Shown one piece after another: positions 27,120 to 36,350 of a DNA stretch of 39,543 bases. Below the pieces are notes generated by a model. That model was given only the letters and a program-made list of their open reading frames with translations, ran no database searches and had not been told where the DNA came from. Positions within the stretch are counted from its first letter, which is position 1. The number at the start of each line of letters is the position of its first letter. The translations under genes were made by a program, and so were the position numbers. Origin of the DNA: Methylorubrum extorquens (GTDB taxonomy: Bacteria > Pseudomonadota > Alphaproteobacteria > Rhizobiales > Beijerinckiaceae). The stretch lies in NCBI GenBank assembly GCA_019695455.1, contig JAEUAC010000284.1:1-39543 (forward strand). The letters run 5' to 3'.

Positions 27120-28853
27120 ATGAGCGACCAGGACGACCCGACACGCCGCTCCGACCGATGGTTCGGACCCGACGACCTGCGCTCGTTCGGGCACCGGTCG
27201 CGCATGAACCAGATGGGCTATTCGGCCGAGGATTACGTCGGCAAGCCCGTCATCGCGATCATCAACACGTGGTCGGACTTCGCGCAGTGCCACGCCCACT
27301 TCAAGCAGCGCGTCGAGGACGTGAAGCGGGGCGTGCTGGAGGCCGGCGGGTTCCCGGTCGAGCTGCCGGCGATCTCGCTGTCGGAATCGACCGTCAAGCC
27401 GACGACCATGCTCTACCGCAACTTCCTCGCCATGGAGACCGAGGAGCTGATCCGCTCGCAGCCGGTCGACGGCGTGGTGCTGATGGGCGGCTGCGACAAG
27501 ACCACGCCCGGGCTCCTCCTGGGCGCGACCTCGGCCGGCGTGCCCGCCATCTTCGTGCCGGCGGGCCCCATGCTGCGCGGCAACTGGCACGGCCGGGTGC
27601 TCGGCTCCGGCTCCGACGCCTGGAAGTACTGGGACGAGCGCCGGGCCGGCAACATCTCCGACAAGGACTGGTCGGAGATGGAATCGGGCATCGCGCGCTC
27701 CTACGGCGTCTGCATGACCATGGGCACGGCCGCCACCATGACGGCGCTGGCCGACGCGATCGGCATGTCGCTGCCCGGCGCCTCCTCCATCCCGGCCGCG
27801 GACGCGAACCACATCCGCATGGCGGCCGCCTCCGGCCGGCGCATCGTCGCCATGGTGCGCGAGGGGCTGACGCCGGAGAAGATCCAGACGGAGGGCGCCT
27901 TCCGCAACGCCATCGTCGTCGCCATGGCGATGGGCTGCTCGACCAACGCCGTCATCCACCTCGTGGCGATGGCCCGCCGGGCCGGCCACGCGATCGGCCT
28001 CGACGATTTCGACGCCGCCTCCCGCAAGGTGCCCGTGATCGCCAACATCCGCCCGTCCGGCACGACCTATCTGATGGAGGACTTCTACTACGCGGGCGGC
28101 CTCCTCGGCATGATGACGCGCCTGCGGGACTTCCTCGACCTGTCGCAGATCAGCGTCTCGGGCCGGACCTGGACGGACACGCTCGAGGGCGCGGAGGTCT
28201 ACAACGACGACGTCATCCGGCCGCTGGATCGCGCGATCTACCAGGAGGGCGCGCTCGCCGTGCTGCGCGGCAACCTCGCGCCGAACGGCTGCGTGATGAA
28301 GCCGTCGGCCGCGGCGCCGCATCTCCTGCGCCATTCCGGCCCGGCGCTCGTCTTCGACGACTACCCGGCCCTGAAGGCCAACATCGACCGCGACGACCTC
28401 GACGTGACGGCGGACAGCGTGCTCGTGCTGCGCAACGCCGGGCCGCTCGGCGGGCCGGGCATGCCCGAATGGGGCATGCTGCCCATCCCGAAGAAGCTCG
28501 TGCAGGCGGGCGTGCGCGACATGGTCCGCATCTCGGACGCCCGCATGTCGGGCACGAGCTACGGCGCCTGCATCCTGCACGTCTCGCCGGAGAGCTACGT
28601 GGGCGGGCCGCTCGCGCTCGTGCGGACGGGCGACGTCATCTCGGTCGACGTCGCGGCCCGCACGCTCTCGCTCGACGTGCCCGAGGCGGAGCTCGCCGCC
28701 CGCCGGGCGGCGCTGGCGCCGCCGGTGCCGCGCTACGAGCGCGGCTACGGCTGGATGTTCTCGCGCCACATCGCGCAGGCCGACCAGGGCTGCGACTTCG
28801 ACTTCCTGCAGAGCGATTTCGGCGCCCCGGTGGCGGAGCCCGCGATCTTCTGA
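27120..28853 (+). CDS. araD: IlvD/Edd-family sugar-acid dehydratase (L-arabinonate dehydratase-like)
   Basis: [17 protein letters not shown]-terminus, [20 protein letters not shown] and SDARMSGT motifs. Confidence 0.75.
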   Translation: MSDQDDPTRRSDRWFGPDDLRSFGHRSRMNQMGYSAEDYVGKPVIAIINTWSDFAQCHAHFKQRVEDVKRGVLEAGGFPVELPAISLSESTVKPTTMLYRNFLAMETEELIRSQPVDGVVLMGGCDKTTPGLLLGATSAGVPAIFVPAGPMLRGNWHGRVLGSGSDAWKYWDERRAGNISDKDWSEMESGIARSYGVCMTMGTAATMTALADAIGMSLPGASSIPAADANHIRMAAASGRRIVAMVREGLTPEKIQTEGAFRNAIVVAMAMGCSTNAVIHLVAMARRAGHAIGLDDFDAASRKVPVIANIRPSGTTYLMEDFYYAGGLLGMMTRLRDFLDLSQISVSGRTWTDTLEGAEVYNDDVIRPLDRAIYQEGALAVLRGNLAPNGCVMKPSAAAPHLLRHSGPALVFDDYPALKANIDRDDLDVTADSVLVLRNAGPLGGPGMPEWGMLPIPKKLVQAGVRDMVRISDARMSGTSYGACILHVSPESYVGGPLALVRTGDVISVDVAARTLSLDVPEAELAARRAALAPPVPRYERGYGWMFSRHIAQADQGCDFDFLQSDFGAPVAEPAIF

Positions 28854-28867
28854 CGAGGGCGGCCATC

Positions 28868-28934
28868 CCGCTCGTCCCGGCGGCTGCCGGGACCCAGCCG
28901 CCGCCCTGGATGCCGGCCTCCGCCGGCATGAGCG
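28868..28934. repeat. REP-like palindromic element (family A)
   Basis: CCGCTCGTCCCGGC..GCCGGGAC...CCGGCCTCCGCCGGCATGAGCG forms two hairpins inside complementary ends. Confidence 0.7.
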
Positions 28935-28953
28935 CTTCTTCTGGAGGATTCCC

Positions 28954-29670
28954 ATGCCGCTGTCCGACACGACCCGCGCCAAGCTGAAGACCGTCTCCAC
29001 GGCGACCCTCTGCACGGCGCTCTTCAAGCGCGGCTTCCGCAACCAGTACGTCCAGGACGTGCGGCCGCTCGGCTTCAAGGGCGAGACGATGGTCGGCGAG
29101 GCGTTCACGCTGCGCTACATGCCGGCCCGCGAGGACCTGAACGCGCTGTCGGTCTTCCAGGACCGGGCGCATCCGCAGCGCAAGGCCGTCGAGGATTGCC
29201 CGCCCGGCTGCGTCTTCGTCATCGATTCCCGCAAGGACGCGCGCGCGGCCTCCGCCGGCGGCATCCTCGTCTCCCGCCTCATGATGCGCGGCGTCGCCGG
29301 GGTCGTGACCGACGGCGGCTTCCGCGACAGCCCGGAGATCGCGGGCCTCGCCATCCCGGCCTACCATTCCCGCCCGGCCGCGCCGACCAACCTCACCCTC
29401 CACCAGGCGATCGACATCAACGTGCCGATCGGCTGCGGCGACGCCCCGGTCTTCCCGGGCGACGTGATCGTGGGCGACGGCGAGGGCGTGATCGTGCTGC
29501 CCGCCCACCTCGCCGACGACCTCGCCGACGAGGGCGTCGAGATGACGGCCTTCGAGGATTTCGTGACCGAGAAGGTGCTGGAGGGCCGCTCCATCCTCGG
29601 CCTCTACCCGGCCACCGAGGAGCAGACCAAGACCGACTTCGCCGCCTGGCGACAGGCCAAGGGCCGCTGA
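28954..29670 (+). CDS. RraA/HMG-aldolase family protein
   Basis: STATLCTAL.KRG, GVVTDGGFRD and PGDVIVGDGEGV motifs. Confidence 0.82.
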   Translation: MPLSDTTRAKLKTVSTATLCTALFKRGFRNQYVQDVRPLGFKGETMVGEAFTLRYMPAREDLNALSVFQDRAHPQRKAVEDCPPGCVFVIDSRKDARAASAGGILVSRLMMRGVAGVVTDGGFRDSPEIAGLAIPAYHSRPAAPTNLTLHQAIDINVPIGCGDAPVFPGDVIVGDGEGVIVLPAHLADDLADEGVEMTAFEDFVTEKVLEGRSILGLYPATEEQTKTDFAAWRQAKGR

Positions 29671-29680
29671 CCGGCGGGGG

Positions 29681-29960
29681 CGGCCTCCGCCGGCATGAGC
29701 GGCTGGCACCCCATCCGCTCATCCCGACGCAAGTCGGGACCCATCCCCACGGCTGGGGTACCGGCCTTCGCCGGTATGAGCGGTGTGGGTTTCCTAGGGG
29801 CCACGCACACCCCCTCCGCTCATCCCGACGCAAGTCGGGATCCATCCCACGGCTGGGGTAACGGCCTTCGCCGGTACGAGCGGGGGCGGGTTTCACAAGG
29901 GTCGCGAACACCCCCATCCGCCGGACCGAGCGGGGGCGGGTTCCGTGCGGAGAACGCCCC
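29681..29960. repeat. Tandem array of REP-like palindromic elements (family A)
   Basis: Half copy at 29681-29702, near-identical ~69 bp units at 29715-29783 and 29816-29883 (period ~101 bp) with related linkers, then a decayed tail. Confidence 0.8.
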
Positions 29961-29968
29961 GGCGAGGG

Positions 29969-31372
29969 TCAGGCCGTCCGCAGGGGCGTCGCCTCGCCGC
30001 TGGTCGCGCGGAGCCGGTCGTAGGTCGCCTTGTCCATCGGCACGGCGTCCGGCCGGCCGAGGTCCTTCATGGGGATGCGGTAGGTCTCGCGGGCGCTGAA
30101 GCAGGCGATCGCCGCGATCGCCGTGATGCCGAGCGCGAGCGAGCCGACGATCAGCGGGATGTTGGCCGCGCCGGGCGGGGCCACGATGGCGAACAGGGCC
30201 GGCAGCATGGCCGTGACGGCCGTGCCGAGGTTCTGCGAGATGGCCATGGCGGAGACGCGCGTGCGGGTCGGGAACAGCTCCGGATAGAAGGAGGGGAACA
30301 CGGCGTTGTAGCCCTGGTAGACGATCCCCCACATGAGCACGGACATGCCGATCGCGAGCGGCACGTTGCCGATCGAGATCGCGTAGAGGTAGCCGTAGGC
30401 GAGGAGCCCGGAGCCGAGCGCGCCCACGATGATGGGCGGGCGCCGGCCGATGCGGTCCGACAGGCCGCCCACGAACGGGATGACCAGCACGGCGACCACG
30501 TTCCCGACGACCGGGATCCAGAGATAGACGTCGGGCGCGAACCCGATCCCGTAGGCCGGCTGCACGGCGTAGGCCGCGCCGAAGATGGTCGCGACGACCG
30601 GGATGACGTTCATGAGCGCCATGCAGACGACCCGCAGCATGTCGCCGAAGCTCGTCGAGAAGGCCTCGACGATCGGCGCGCGCGGCGTCGCGTTCGTCCT
30701 CTCCACCTCCGCGAAGGCCGGCGTCTCGTCCACCTCTCGGCGGATGACGTAGCCCGCGATGATGACCACGAAGGAGAGGAGGAACGGGATCCGCCAGCCC
30801 CAGGACGCGAACTGGTCCTTCGGCATGTAGTGGGCGAGGGGCAGGAACACGGCCGCGGCGAGGATCTGCCCGGCCTGCACGCCCTGCAGCGTGAAGGAGG
30901 CGAAGAAGCCCCGCCGGCCGAAGGGCGCGTGCTCCATCGTCATGGACGACGCCCCCGAGATCTCGCCCGCCACGGCGAAGCCCTGCACGAGGCGGCAGAT
31001 CACGAGAAGGATGGGCGCCAGGATGCCGACCTGGCCGTAGGTCGGCAGGAGCCCGACCGCGATGGTCGAGAAGCCCATCAAGAACATGCAGACGATGAGC
31101 ACGTTCTTGCGGCCGTGCGTGTCGCCGAGGTGCCCGAGCACGAAGGCGCCGATGGGCCGGCTCACGTAGCCGACGCCGTAGGTCGCCAGCGAGGCGACGA
31201 TCGCGACCGTCGGGTCGCTCGACGGGAAGAACAGCTGCGGGAAGATCAGCGACGCCGCCGTCGCGTAGATGAAGAAGTCGTAGTATTCGAGCGCGGAGCC
31301 GATCCATCCGCTCGCCGCCGCCTTCTTGGATTGGTGCCGGCCAGCCGGCTCGCCCGCAACGTTCGTCGCCAT
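29969..31372 (-). CDS. MFS transporter, metabolite:H+ symporter (MHS/ShiA-like)
   Basis: GSALEYYDFFIY, GD..GRK, RLVQGFAVAGE, WGWRIPF and ELFPTRTR motifs. GGAGAG RBS before the ATG at 31372. Confidence 0.9.
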   Translation of the reverse strand: MATNVAGEPAGRHQSKKAAASGWIGSALEYYDFFIYATAASLIFPQLFFPSSDPTVAIVASLATYGVGYVSRPIGAFVLGHLGDTHGRKNVLIVCMFLMGFSTIAVGLLPTYGQVGILAPILLVICRLVQGFAVAGEISGASSMTMEHAPFGRRGFFASFTLQGVQAGQILAAAVFLPLAHYMPKDQFASWGWRIPFLLSFVVIIAGYVIRREVDETPAFAEVERTNATPRAPIVEAFSTSFGDMLRVVCMALMNVIPVVATIFGAAYAVQPAYGIGFAPDVYLWIPVVGNVVAVLVIPFVGGLSDRIGRRPPIIVGALGSGLLAYGYLYAISIGNVPLAIGMSVLMWGIVYQGYNAVFPSFYPELFPTRTRVSAMAISQNLGTAVTAMLPALFAIVAPPGAANIPLIVGSLALGITAIAAIACFSARETYRIPMKDLGRPDAVPMDKATYDRLRATSGEATPLRTA

Positions 31373-31480
31373 CCCGCTCTCCTCGCCGGGCGGGGGCCGG
31401 CGGGGGAGGGCGACGTCCGTCGGAGACGGATCGTCCGCCGTCCCTGCCGCCCGTCCTCCCCGGGGCCGTTGGCCCATTCT

Positions 31481-31524
31481 GTTCTGTACCGAACCCAGAG
31501 TAGCAGTCCGCGTCCGGCTGGCAA
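31481..31524 (-). promoter_or_regulatory. Candidate extended -10 promoter and operator for the MFS gene
   Basis: Minus strand TTGCCA-N16-TACTCT with a TGn extension, followed by the near-palindrome GTTCGGTACAGAAC (31481-31494). Confidence 0.45.
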
Positions 31525-31548
31525 GCCGCATGGGCGTCCTCCGCCCGG

Positions 31549-32061
31549 TCAGCCCACGACTTTTCGCCCCGCCGATCCGGACGGCCGGGCGGCGGCAAGC
31601 GGCAGGGCGTCCGAGCGCTTGAGCTGCTTGAGGGCGAAGGAGGATTCGATGGAGGCCACGCCGCCGAGCCGGGTCAGCTTGTCCCGCAGGAAGCGCTCGT
31701 AGGATTCGAGATCCTCCACCACGACGCGCATCAGGTAGTCGCGCGGGCCCGTCATCAGGTAGCAATCGACCACCTCGGGCCAGCGCGCGACCGCGTCGGC
31801 GAAGCGGTCGAGCTCCTCCTCGCGCTGGCGCTCCAGCCGGATGGAGACGAACACCGAGACCGGCAGCCCGACCCGCGCCTGGTCGACCACGGCCGTGTAG
31901 CCCTTGATGATGCCGGCGCTCTCGAGGGCCCGCACGCGCCGCGCGCAGGGGGAGGGGGACAGGCCGACGGATTGCGCGAGATCGAGCGACGTCATGCGGC
32001 CGTCGGCCTGCAGGGCCGCGACGATCCGGCGGTCGATCTCGTCGAGCGTGGCTTTTGGCAT
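31549..32061 (-). CDS. Lrp/AsnC-family transcriptional regulator
   Basis: LDEIDRRI...LQ.DGR, GLSPSPC.RRV..LE..GII.GY and MTGPRDY motifs. Confidence 0.92.
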   Translation of the reverse strand: MPKATLDEIDRRIVAALQADGRMTSLDLAQSVGLSPSPCARRVRALESAGIIKGYTAVVDQARVGLPVSVFVSIRLERQREEELDRFADAVARWPEVVDCYLMTGPRDYLMRVVVEDLESYERFLRDKLTRLGGVASIESSFALKQLKRSDALPLAAARPSGSAGRKVVG

Positions 32062-32169
32062 GGATGGCCTGTCTCGGGACGTCCCGCGCAGGATCTAGCC
32101 AAAAGAGGGGTCCGACCCAACCGGCATTTGCCGACACTCGCTCCCTGCTGCCGATTACTGTCGGCCGCC

Positions 32170-34533
32170 ATGACCGATCCGCGCCTCCCCTACCTCGACG
32201 CCCTGCGGGCGAAGGCCCTGTGGCTGTCCACCTGGACGATCCACAACGCGAACCACCTCCGCGCCTCGGCGGACGGCCTGAAGGTCGGCGGCCACCAGGC
32301 CTCGTCCGCCTCGCTCTGCACCATCATGACGGCGCTCTACGGCGCCGTGCTGCGGCCCGAGGACCGGGTCGCCGTGAAGCCGCATGCGAGCCCCGTCTTC
32401 CACGCGCTCCAGTACCTGTTCGGCCATCAGACCCGCGAGAAGCTGGAGGCGTTCCGGGCCTATGGCGGGGCGCAATCCTACCCGTCCCGCACCAAGGACG
32501 TGGACGACGTCGACTTCTCGACGGGCTCCGTCGGGCTCGGCGTCGCGCAGACGCTGTTCTCGGCGCTGGTGCAGGACTACGTCCACGCCAAGGGGTGGCG
32601 CGACGCGCCCGAGGGCAAGATGGTCGCCCTCATCGGCGATGCCGAGATGGACGAGGGCAACATCTTCGAGGCCCTGCTGGAGGGCTGGAAGCACGGCCTG
32701 CGCAACACCTGGTGGGTGGTCGACTACAACCGCCAGAGCCTCGACGCCGTGGTGCGCGAGGGCCTCTGGGCCAAGTTCGAGGCCATGTTCCGCAACTTCG
32801 GCTGGGACGTCGTGGTGCTGCGCCACGGCACGCTGCAGCAGGCGGCCTTCGCCGAGCCGGGCGGGGAGCGCCTGAAGGCCTGGATCGAGGCCTGCCCGAA
32901 CCAGCTCTACTCGGCCCTGGCCTTCGGCGGCGGCGCGGCCTGGCGGCGCCGCCTGACGGACGAGCTCGGCGACCAGGGCCCCGTCTCGGCGCTGCTCGAC
33001 CGGCGCTCCGACGACGAGCTCGCGGCGCTCATGGGCAATCTCGGCGGCCACGACCTGCCGATGCTGCTGGAGGCCTTCGAGGCCGCGCGCGCGCACGACC
33101 GGCCGGTCTGCTTCATCGCCTACACGATCAAGGGCCACGGCCTGCCGCTCGCCGGCCACAAGGACAACCATGCGGGCCTGCTCACGCCCTCGCAGATGGA
33201 GGTGTTCCGGGCCGGCATGACGGTGCGGCCGGGGCACGAATGGGACCATTTCGAGGGGCTGGACGTCGCCCCGGACGCCATGCGCCGCTTCCTCGATGCC
33301 GTCCCGTTCGTGCAGGCCGGGCGGCGTCGCTACGAGGCGCCGACCATCCCCGTGCCCGAGAGCCTGCCCGTGCCGAAGGCCGCCTCGCTTTCGACGCAGG
33401 CCGGGTTCGGGCTCCTCATGCACGAGATCGCCAAGGGCGACACGGAGCTCGCGAGCCGCATCGTCACGACCTCGCCGGACGTCACGGTCTCGACCAATCT
33501 CGGCGCCTGGGTGAACCGGCGCGGCCTGTTCGCCAAGGAGGAGATGGCCGACACGTTCAAGAAGGAGCGGATCCCGTCGACCTTCAACTGGACCTTCTCG
33601 CCCGCCGGCCAGCATCTCGAGCTGGGAATCGCGGAATCCAACCTGTTCATCGCGCTCTCCGCGCTCGGCCTGTCGCACTCGATCTTCGGCGAGCGGCTCC
33701 TGCCGGTCGGCACGCTCTACGATCCCTTCATCGAACGCGGCCTCGATAGCCTGAACTACGCCTGCTACCAGGACGCCCGCTTCGTCCTCGTCGCGACGCC
33801 GGCCGGCGTGTCGCTCGCGCCCGAGGGCGGCGCCCACCAATCCATCAAGACGCCGCTCATCGGCATGGGGCAGGACGGTCTCGCCTCCTTCGAGCCGGCC
33901 TTCGTGGACGAGCTCGCGATCCTGCTGCGCTTCGCCTTCGCGCACATGCAGCGCCACGGCGCGGCCGAGCCCGATCCCGCGACGGGCCTGCCGGACGCGG
34001 CCGGCGGCTCGACCTATTTCCGGCTCTCGACCCGGAGCCTGGAGCAGCCCTCCCGGGCGATCGATCCCGCGCTCGCGGCCGACATGATCGCGGGCGCCTA
34101 CTGGCTGCGGAAGCCGGGCCCGAACGCGGAGGTCGTCGTCGCCTACCAGGGCGCGATCGCGCCGGAGGCGATCGAGGCCGTGGGCCTCATGGCGGAGGAC
34201 CGGCGCGACGTCGGCCTTCTCGCCGTCACGTCCGCCGACCGTCTGCAGGCCGGCTGGACCGCGGCGACGGGCACGAGCCACGTCGAGCGGCTGCTCGCCG
34301 ACGTGCCCTCGCATTGCGGGCTCGTGACCGTGCTCGACGGCCATCCGGCGACGCTCGGCTGGCTCGGCTCCGTGCGCGGCCACCGGGCCCGCGCGCTCGG
34401 CGTGACGCGCTTCGGCCAGACGGGCACGATCGCCGACCTCCACCGGCATTTCGGCATCGACGCCCAGGGCATCGCGGCGGCCGCCGAGGCCATCGCGCCC
34501 GGCCGCCGCATCCGCCATCTCCGCCTGGCGTGA
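32170..34533 (+). CDS. Homodimeric ThDP-dependent 2-oxoacid dehydrogenase E1 (AceE/MdeB/transketolase-like)
   Basis: VGGHQASSAS, FSTGSVGLG, GDAEMDEG...NRQSLD ThDP motif, LELGIAE and EGGAHQS motifs. Divergent from the Lrp gene. Confidence 0.82.
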   Translation: MTDPRLPYLDALRAKALWLSTWTIHNANHLRASADGLKVGGHQASSASLCTIMTALYGAVLRPEDRVAVKPHASPVFHALQYLFGHQTREKLEAFRAYGGAQSYPSRTKDVDDVDFSTGSVGLGVAQTLFSALVQDYVHAKGWRDAPEGKMVALIGDAEMDEGNIFEALLEGWKHGLRNTWWVVDYNRQSLDAVVREGLWAKFEAMFRNFGWDVVVLRHGTLQQAAFAEPGGERLKAWIEACPNQLYSALAFGGGAAWRRRLTDELGDQGPVSALLDRRSDDELAALMGNLGGHDLPMLLEAFEAARAHDRPVCFIAYTIKGHGLPLAGHKDNHAGLLTPSQMEVFRAGMTVRPGHEWDHFEGLDVAPDAMRRFLDAVPFVQAGRRRYEAPTIPVPESLPVPKAASLSTQAGFGLLMHEIAKGDTELASRIVTTSPDVTVSTNLGAWVNRRGLFAKEEMADTFKKERIPSTFNWTFSPAGQHLELGIAESNLFIALSALGLSHSIFGERLLPVGTLYDPFIERGLDSLNYACYQDARFVLVATPAGVSLAPEGGAHQSIKTPLIGMGQDGLASFEPAFVDELAILLRFAFAHMQRHGAAEPDPATGLPDAAGGSTYFRLSTRSLEQPSRAIDPALAADMIAGAYWLRKPGPNAEVVVAYQGAIAPEAIEAVGLMAEDRRDVGLLAVTSADRLQAGWTAATGTSHVERLLADVPSHCGLVTVLDGHPATLGWLGSVRGHRARALGVTRFGQTGTIADLHRHFGIDAQGIAAAAEAIAPGRRIRHLRLA

Positions 34534-34535
34534 TC

Positions 34536-34557
34536 CGAAGGGATCGCCCTCCCTTCG
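34536..34557 (+). terminator. Hairpin after the E1 gene, possible terminator
   Basis: CGAAGGGA-6 nt loop-TCCCTTCG is a perfect 8-bp stem, but there is no clear U-tract. Confidence 0.35.
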
Positions 34558-34656
34558 TCATGCTGAGGAGCCCGCGAGAGAGGGCGTCTCGCAGCACGCA
34601 TCACGGGCGCGCGGGCTTCGAGACGCGACCCTCCGGGCCGCTTCTCAGCATGACGA
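34555..34656. repeat. REP/RIME-like palindromic element (family B)
   Basis: 13-bp perfect terminal inverted repeats TCGTCATGCTGAG/CTCAGCATGACGA with inner arms GCGTCTCG/CGAGACGC. Confidence 0.75.
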
Positions 34657-34753
34657 GCGCGTGCGGGCAGCGACCGCGGACCCCGCTTGACGCCCCGTCG
34701 CCCGGACCCCTACCGCAACGGAAAGGCCGGGCGAGCCGGCGGGAGGATCAGGC

Positions 34754-35515
34754 ATGAAGGTCGATGGCATCGCGGCGATCGTCACGGGCGCGGCGTCCGG
34801 GCTCGGCAACGCCACCGCCCGGGCGCTGGCGGCGGCGGGCGCCAAGGTGGCGCTGCTCGACCTGAACCAGGAGGCGGCGGCCGGAACGGCGCGCGAGATC
34901 GGCGGCATCGCGCTCGCCTGCGACGTCTCGGACGCGGCGAGCGCCGAGGCGGCCGTCGCGAAGGCCGCCGCGGAGCATGGCCCGGCCCGCATCCTCGTGA
35001 ATTGCGCGGGCATCGCGCCGGCGGCCAAGATCGTCGGCAAGGCCGGCCCGGCGGACCTCGCGGCCTACGCGAAGGTGATCTCGGTCAACCTGATCGGCAC
35101 GTTCAACATGATGCGGCTCGTGGCGGCCGGCGCGCAGCCGCTCGAGGCGCTGGAGGGCGGCGAGCGGGGCGTCATCGTCTCGACGGCCTCCGTCGCGGCC
35201 TACGAGGGCCAGATCGGGCAGGCGGCCTACGCCTCCTCCAAGGCCGGCGTCGTCGGCCTGACGCTGCCCGCGGCGCGCGAGTTCGCGCCCTTCGGCATCC
35301 GCGTCTGCGCCATCGCGCCCGGCATCTTCGAGACGCCGATGCTGCGCGGCCTCCCCCAGGAGGTGCAGGATTCGCTCGGCCGCACCGTCCCGTTCCCGCC
35401 GCGCCTCGGCAAGGCGGAGGAGTTCGCCCATCTCGTCATGGCGATCGTCGGCAACGCCATGCTGAACGGCGAGACCATCCGCCTCGACGGCGCCATCCGG
35501 ATGCAGCCGCGCTAG
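34754..35515 (+). CDS. SDR oxidoreductase, type II 3-hydroxyacyl-CoA dehydrogenase (HSD10-like)
   Basis: TGAASGLG, VNCAGIA, ASVAAYEGQIGQAAYASSK and NGETIRLDGAIRM motifs. Confidence 0.88.
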   Translation: MKVDGIAAIVTGAASGLGNATARALAAAGAKVALLDLNQEAAAGTAREIGGIALACDVSDAASAEAAVAKAAAEHGPARILVNCAGIAPAAKIVGKAGPADLAAYAKVISVNLIGTFNMMRLVAAGAQPLEALEGGERGVIVSTASVAAYEGQIGQAAYASSKAGVVGLTLPAAREFAPFGIRVCAIAPGIFETPMLRGLPQEVQDSLGRTVPFPPRLGKAEEFAHLVMAIVGNAMLNGETIRLDGAIRMQPR

Positions 35516-36003
35516 GCGCTAGGGCCCCGGCCCGCCGCGAGACGGGCGCTCGCGGCCGGGTCGGACGCTTCCCGGAGGAGGTCCGCCCAGTCGTCCGGCG
35601 GGGCGTCCCGGTCCAGCATGCTTCGGAACACCGCGTAGGCGTCGCTGCGGGAGCCGTAGGTCCGAAGCGTCGTCTCGTCGTTGACCCAGGCGAAGACGAG
35701 GATCCTGGCTCGGCTGTCGTAGCGGAAGAAGAGGCGGAAGCGCCCGTTTCCGAACTTGGCCCTGAACCAGTGCCGGCGATCGGCACCCAGCGTGATGCCC
35801 TGGCGATAGTCCCCACGGGACGGGTCGCTCGGGATCGCCTCGAAGATCAGCCGCCTCAGGGCGGCGAGCAGCTTCGCGTTGGCGCTCGATTGGTAGCCCG
35901 CCGGATCCTTCGCCCGGGCCGCGGCGACGGCCGAGGTCAGCCGCTCCAGTTGGCCGAGCAGGAGCGGGTGGGCGTAGATCGCCCAACCGTGGACGGTGAG
36001 CAC
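35512..36003 (-). CDS. yhaV: Type II TA toxin, YhaV family
   Basis: GW.IYAHP, YRQG.TLG..RHWFRAKF..RFRLFFRY and AWVNDE.TLRTYGS.SDAY.VF motifs. Confidence 0.9.
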   Translation of the reverse strand: MLTVHGWAIYAHPLLLGQLERLTSAVAAARAKDPAGYQSSANAKLLAALRRLIFEAIPSDPSRGDYRQGITLGADRRHWFRAKFGNGRFRLFFRYDSRARILVFAWVNDETTLRTYGSRSDAYAVFRSMLDRDAPPDDWADLLREASDPAASARLAAGRGPSA

Positions 36004-36006
36004 GGA

Positions 36007-36327
36007 TCAGAGATCGACGGCCCCGTCGATCGGTTCGTCCGGCTCGCCCCGCATCGACCCGACCAGATCCTCGATCCTGGAGGCCAGAGCCGCGGGAAAG
36101 GCCTGCAAGGCGTCCGGCCGCCCGACCATGTCCTGCGCCAGGAAGGCGAGGAAGCGCTCCAGGACGGGATCGCTCTCCGACGTTCCGGCCCGTCGCAGGG
36201 TCACGCCGCCCTCGTCGATGCGGAAGGCGATCTCGTCGCCGGCTTCGACCCCGAGCGCCTGACGCACGGCCTTGGGCACCGTCGTCTGCCCCTTGGTCGT
36301 GATCCGGCTTCGTTCCTCGACGAGCAT
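36007..36327 (-). CDS. prlF: Type II TA antitoxin, PrlF/SohA (AbrB fold)
   Basis: SRITTKGQTTVPKAVRQALG AbrB domain and DPVL..FL.FL..D motif. Directly upstream of yhaV. Confidence 0.88.
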   Translation of the reverse strand: MLVEERSRITTKGQTTVPKAVRQALGVEAGDEIAFRIDEGGVTLRRAGTSESDPVLERFLAFLAQDMVGRPDALQAFPAALASRIEDLVGSMRGEPDEPIDGAVDL

Positions 36328-36350
36328 GGGTGCGGTCTCCGTCTCGATGA

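Noticed and set aside
29681-29960. Possible CRISPR array
   Set aside because: Units are ~69 bp double hairpins, there are only two full copies, the linkers resemble each other, no cas genes are present, and dispersed copies exist elsewhere. This fits REP-type repeats.
29969-32137. 722-aa extended MFS, and similar N-terminal extensions on 24236-26155, 26685-28853, 12445-13650 and 31972-34533
   Set aside because: The extensions overlap neighbouring genes. Downstream starts with an RBS or stop/start coupling give family-typical lengths.
32170-34533. Housekeeping pyruvate dehydrogenase aceE or dxs
   Set aside because: No aceF/lpd neighbours, and the gene is paired with a divergent Lrp. The substrate cannot be fixed from sequence, so no symbol is given.
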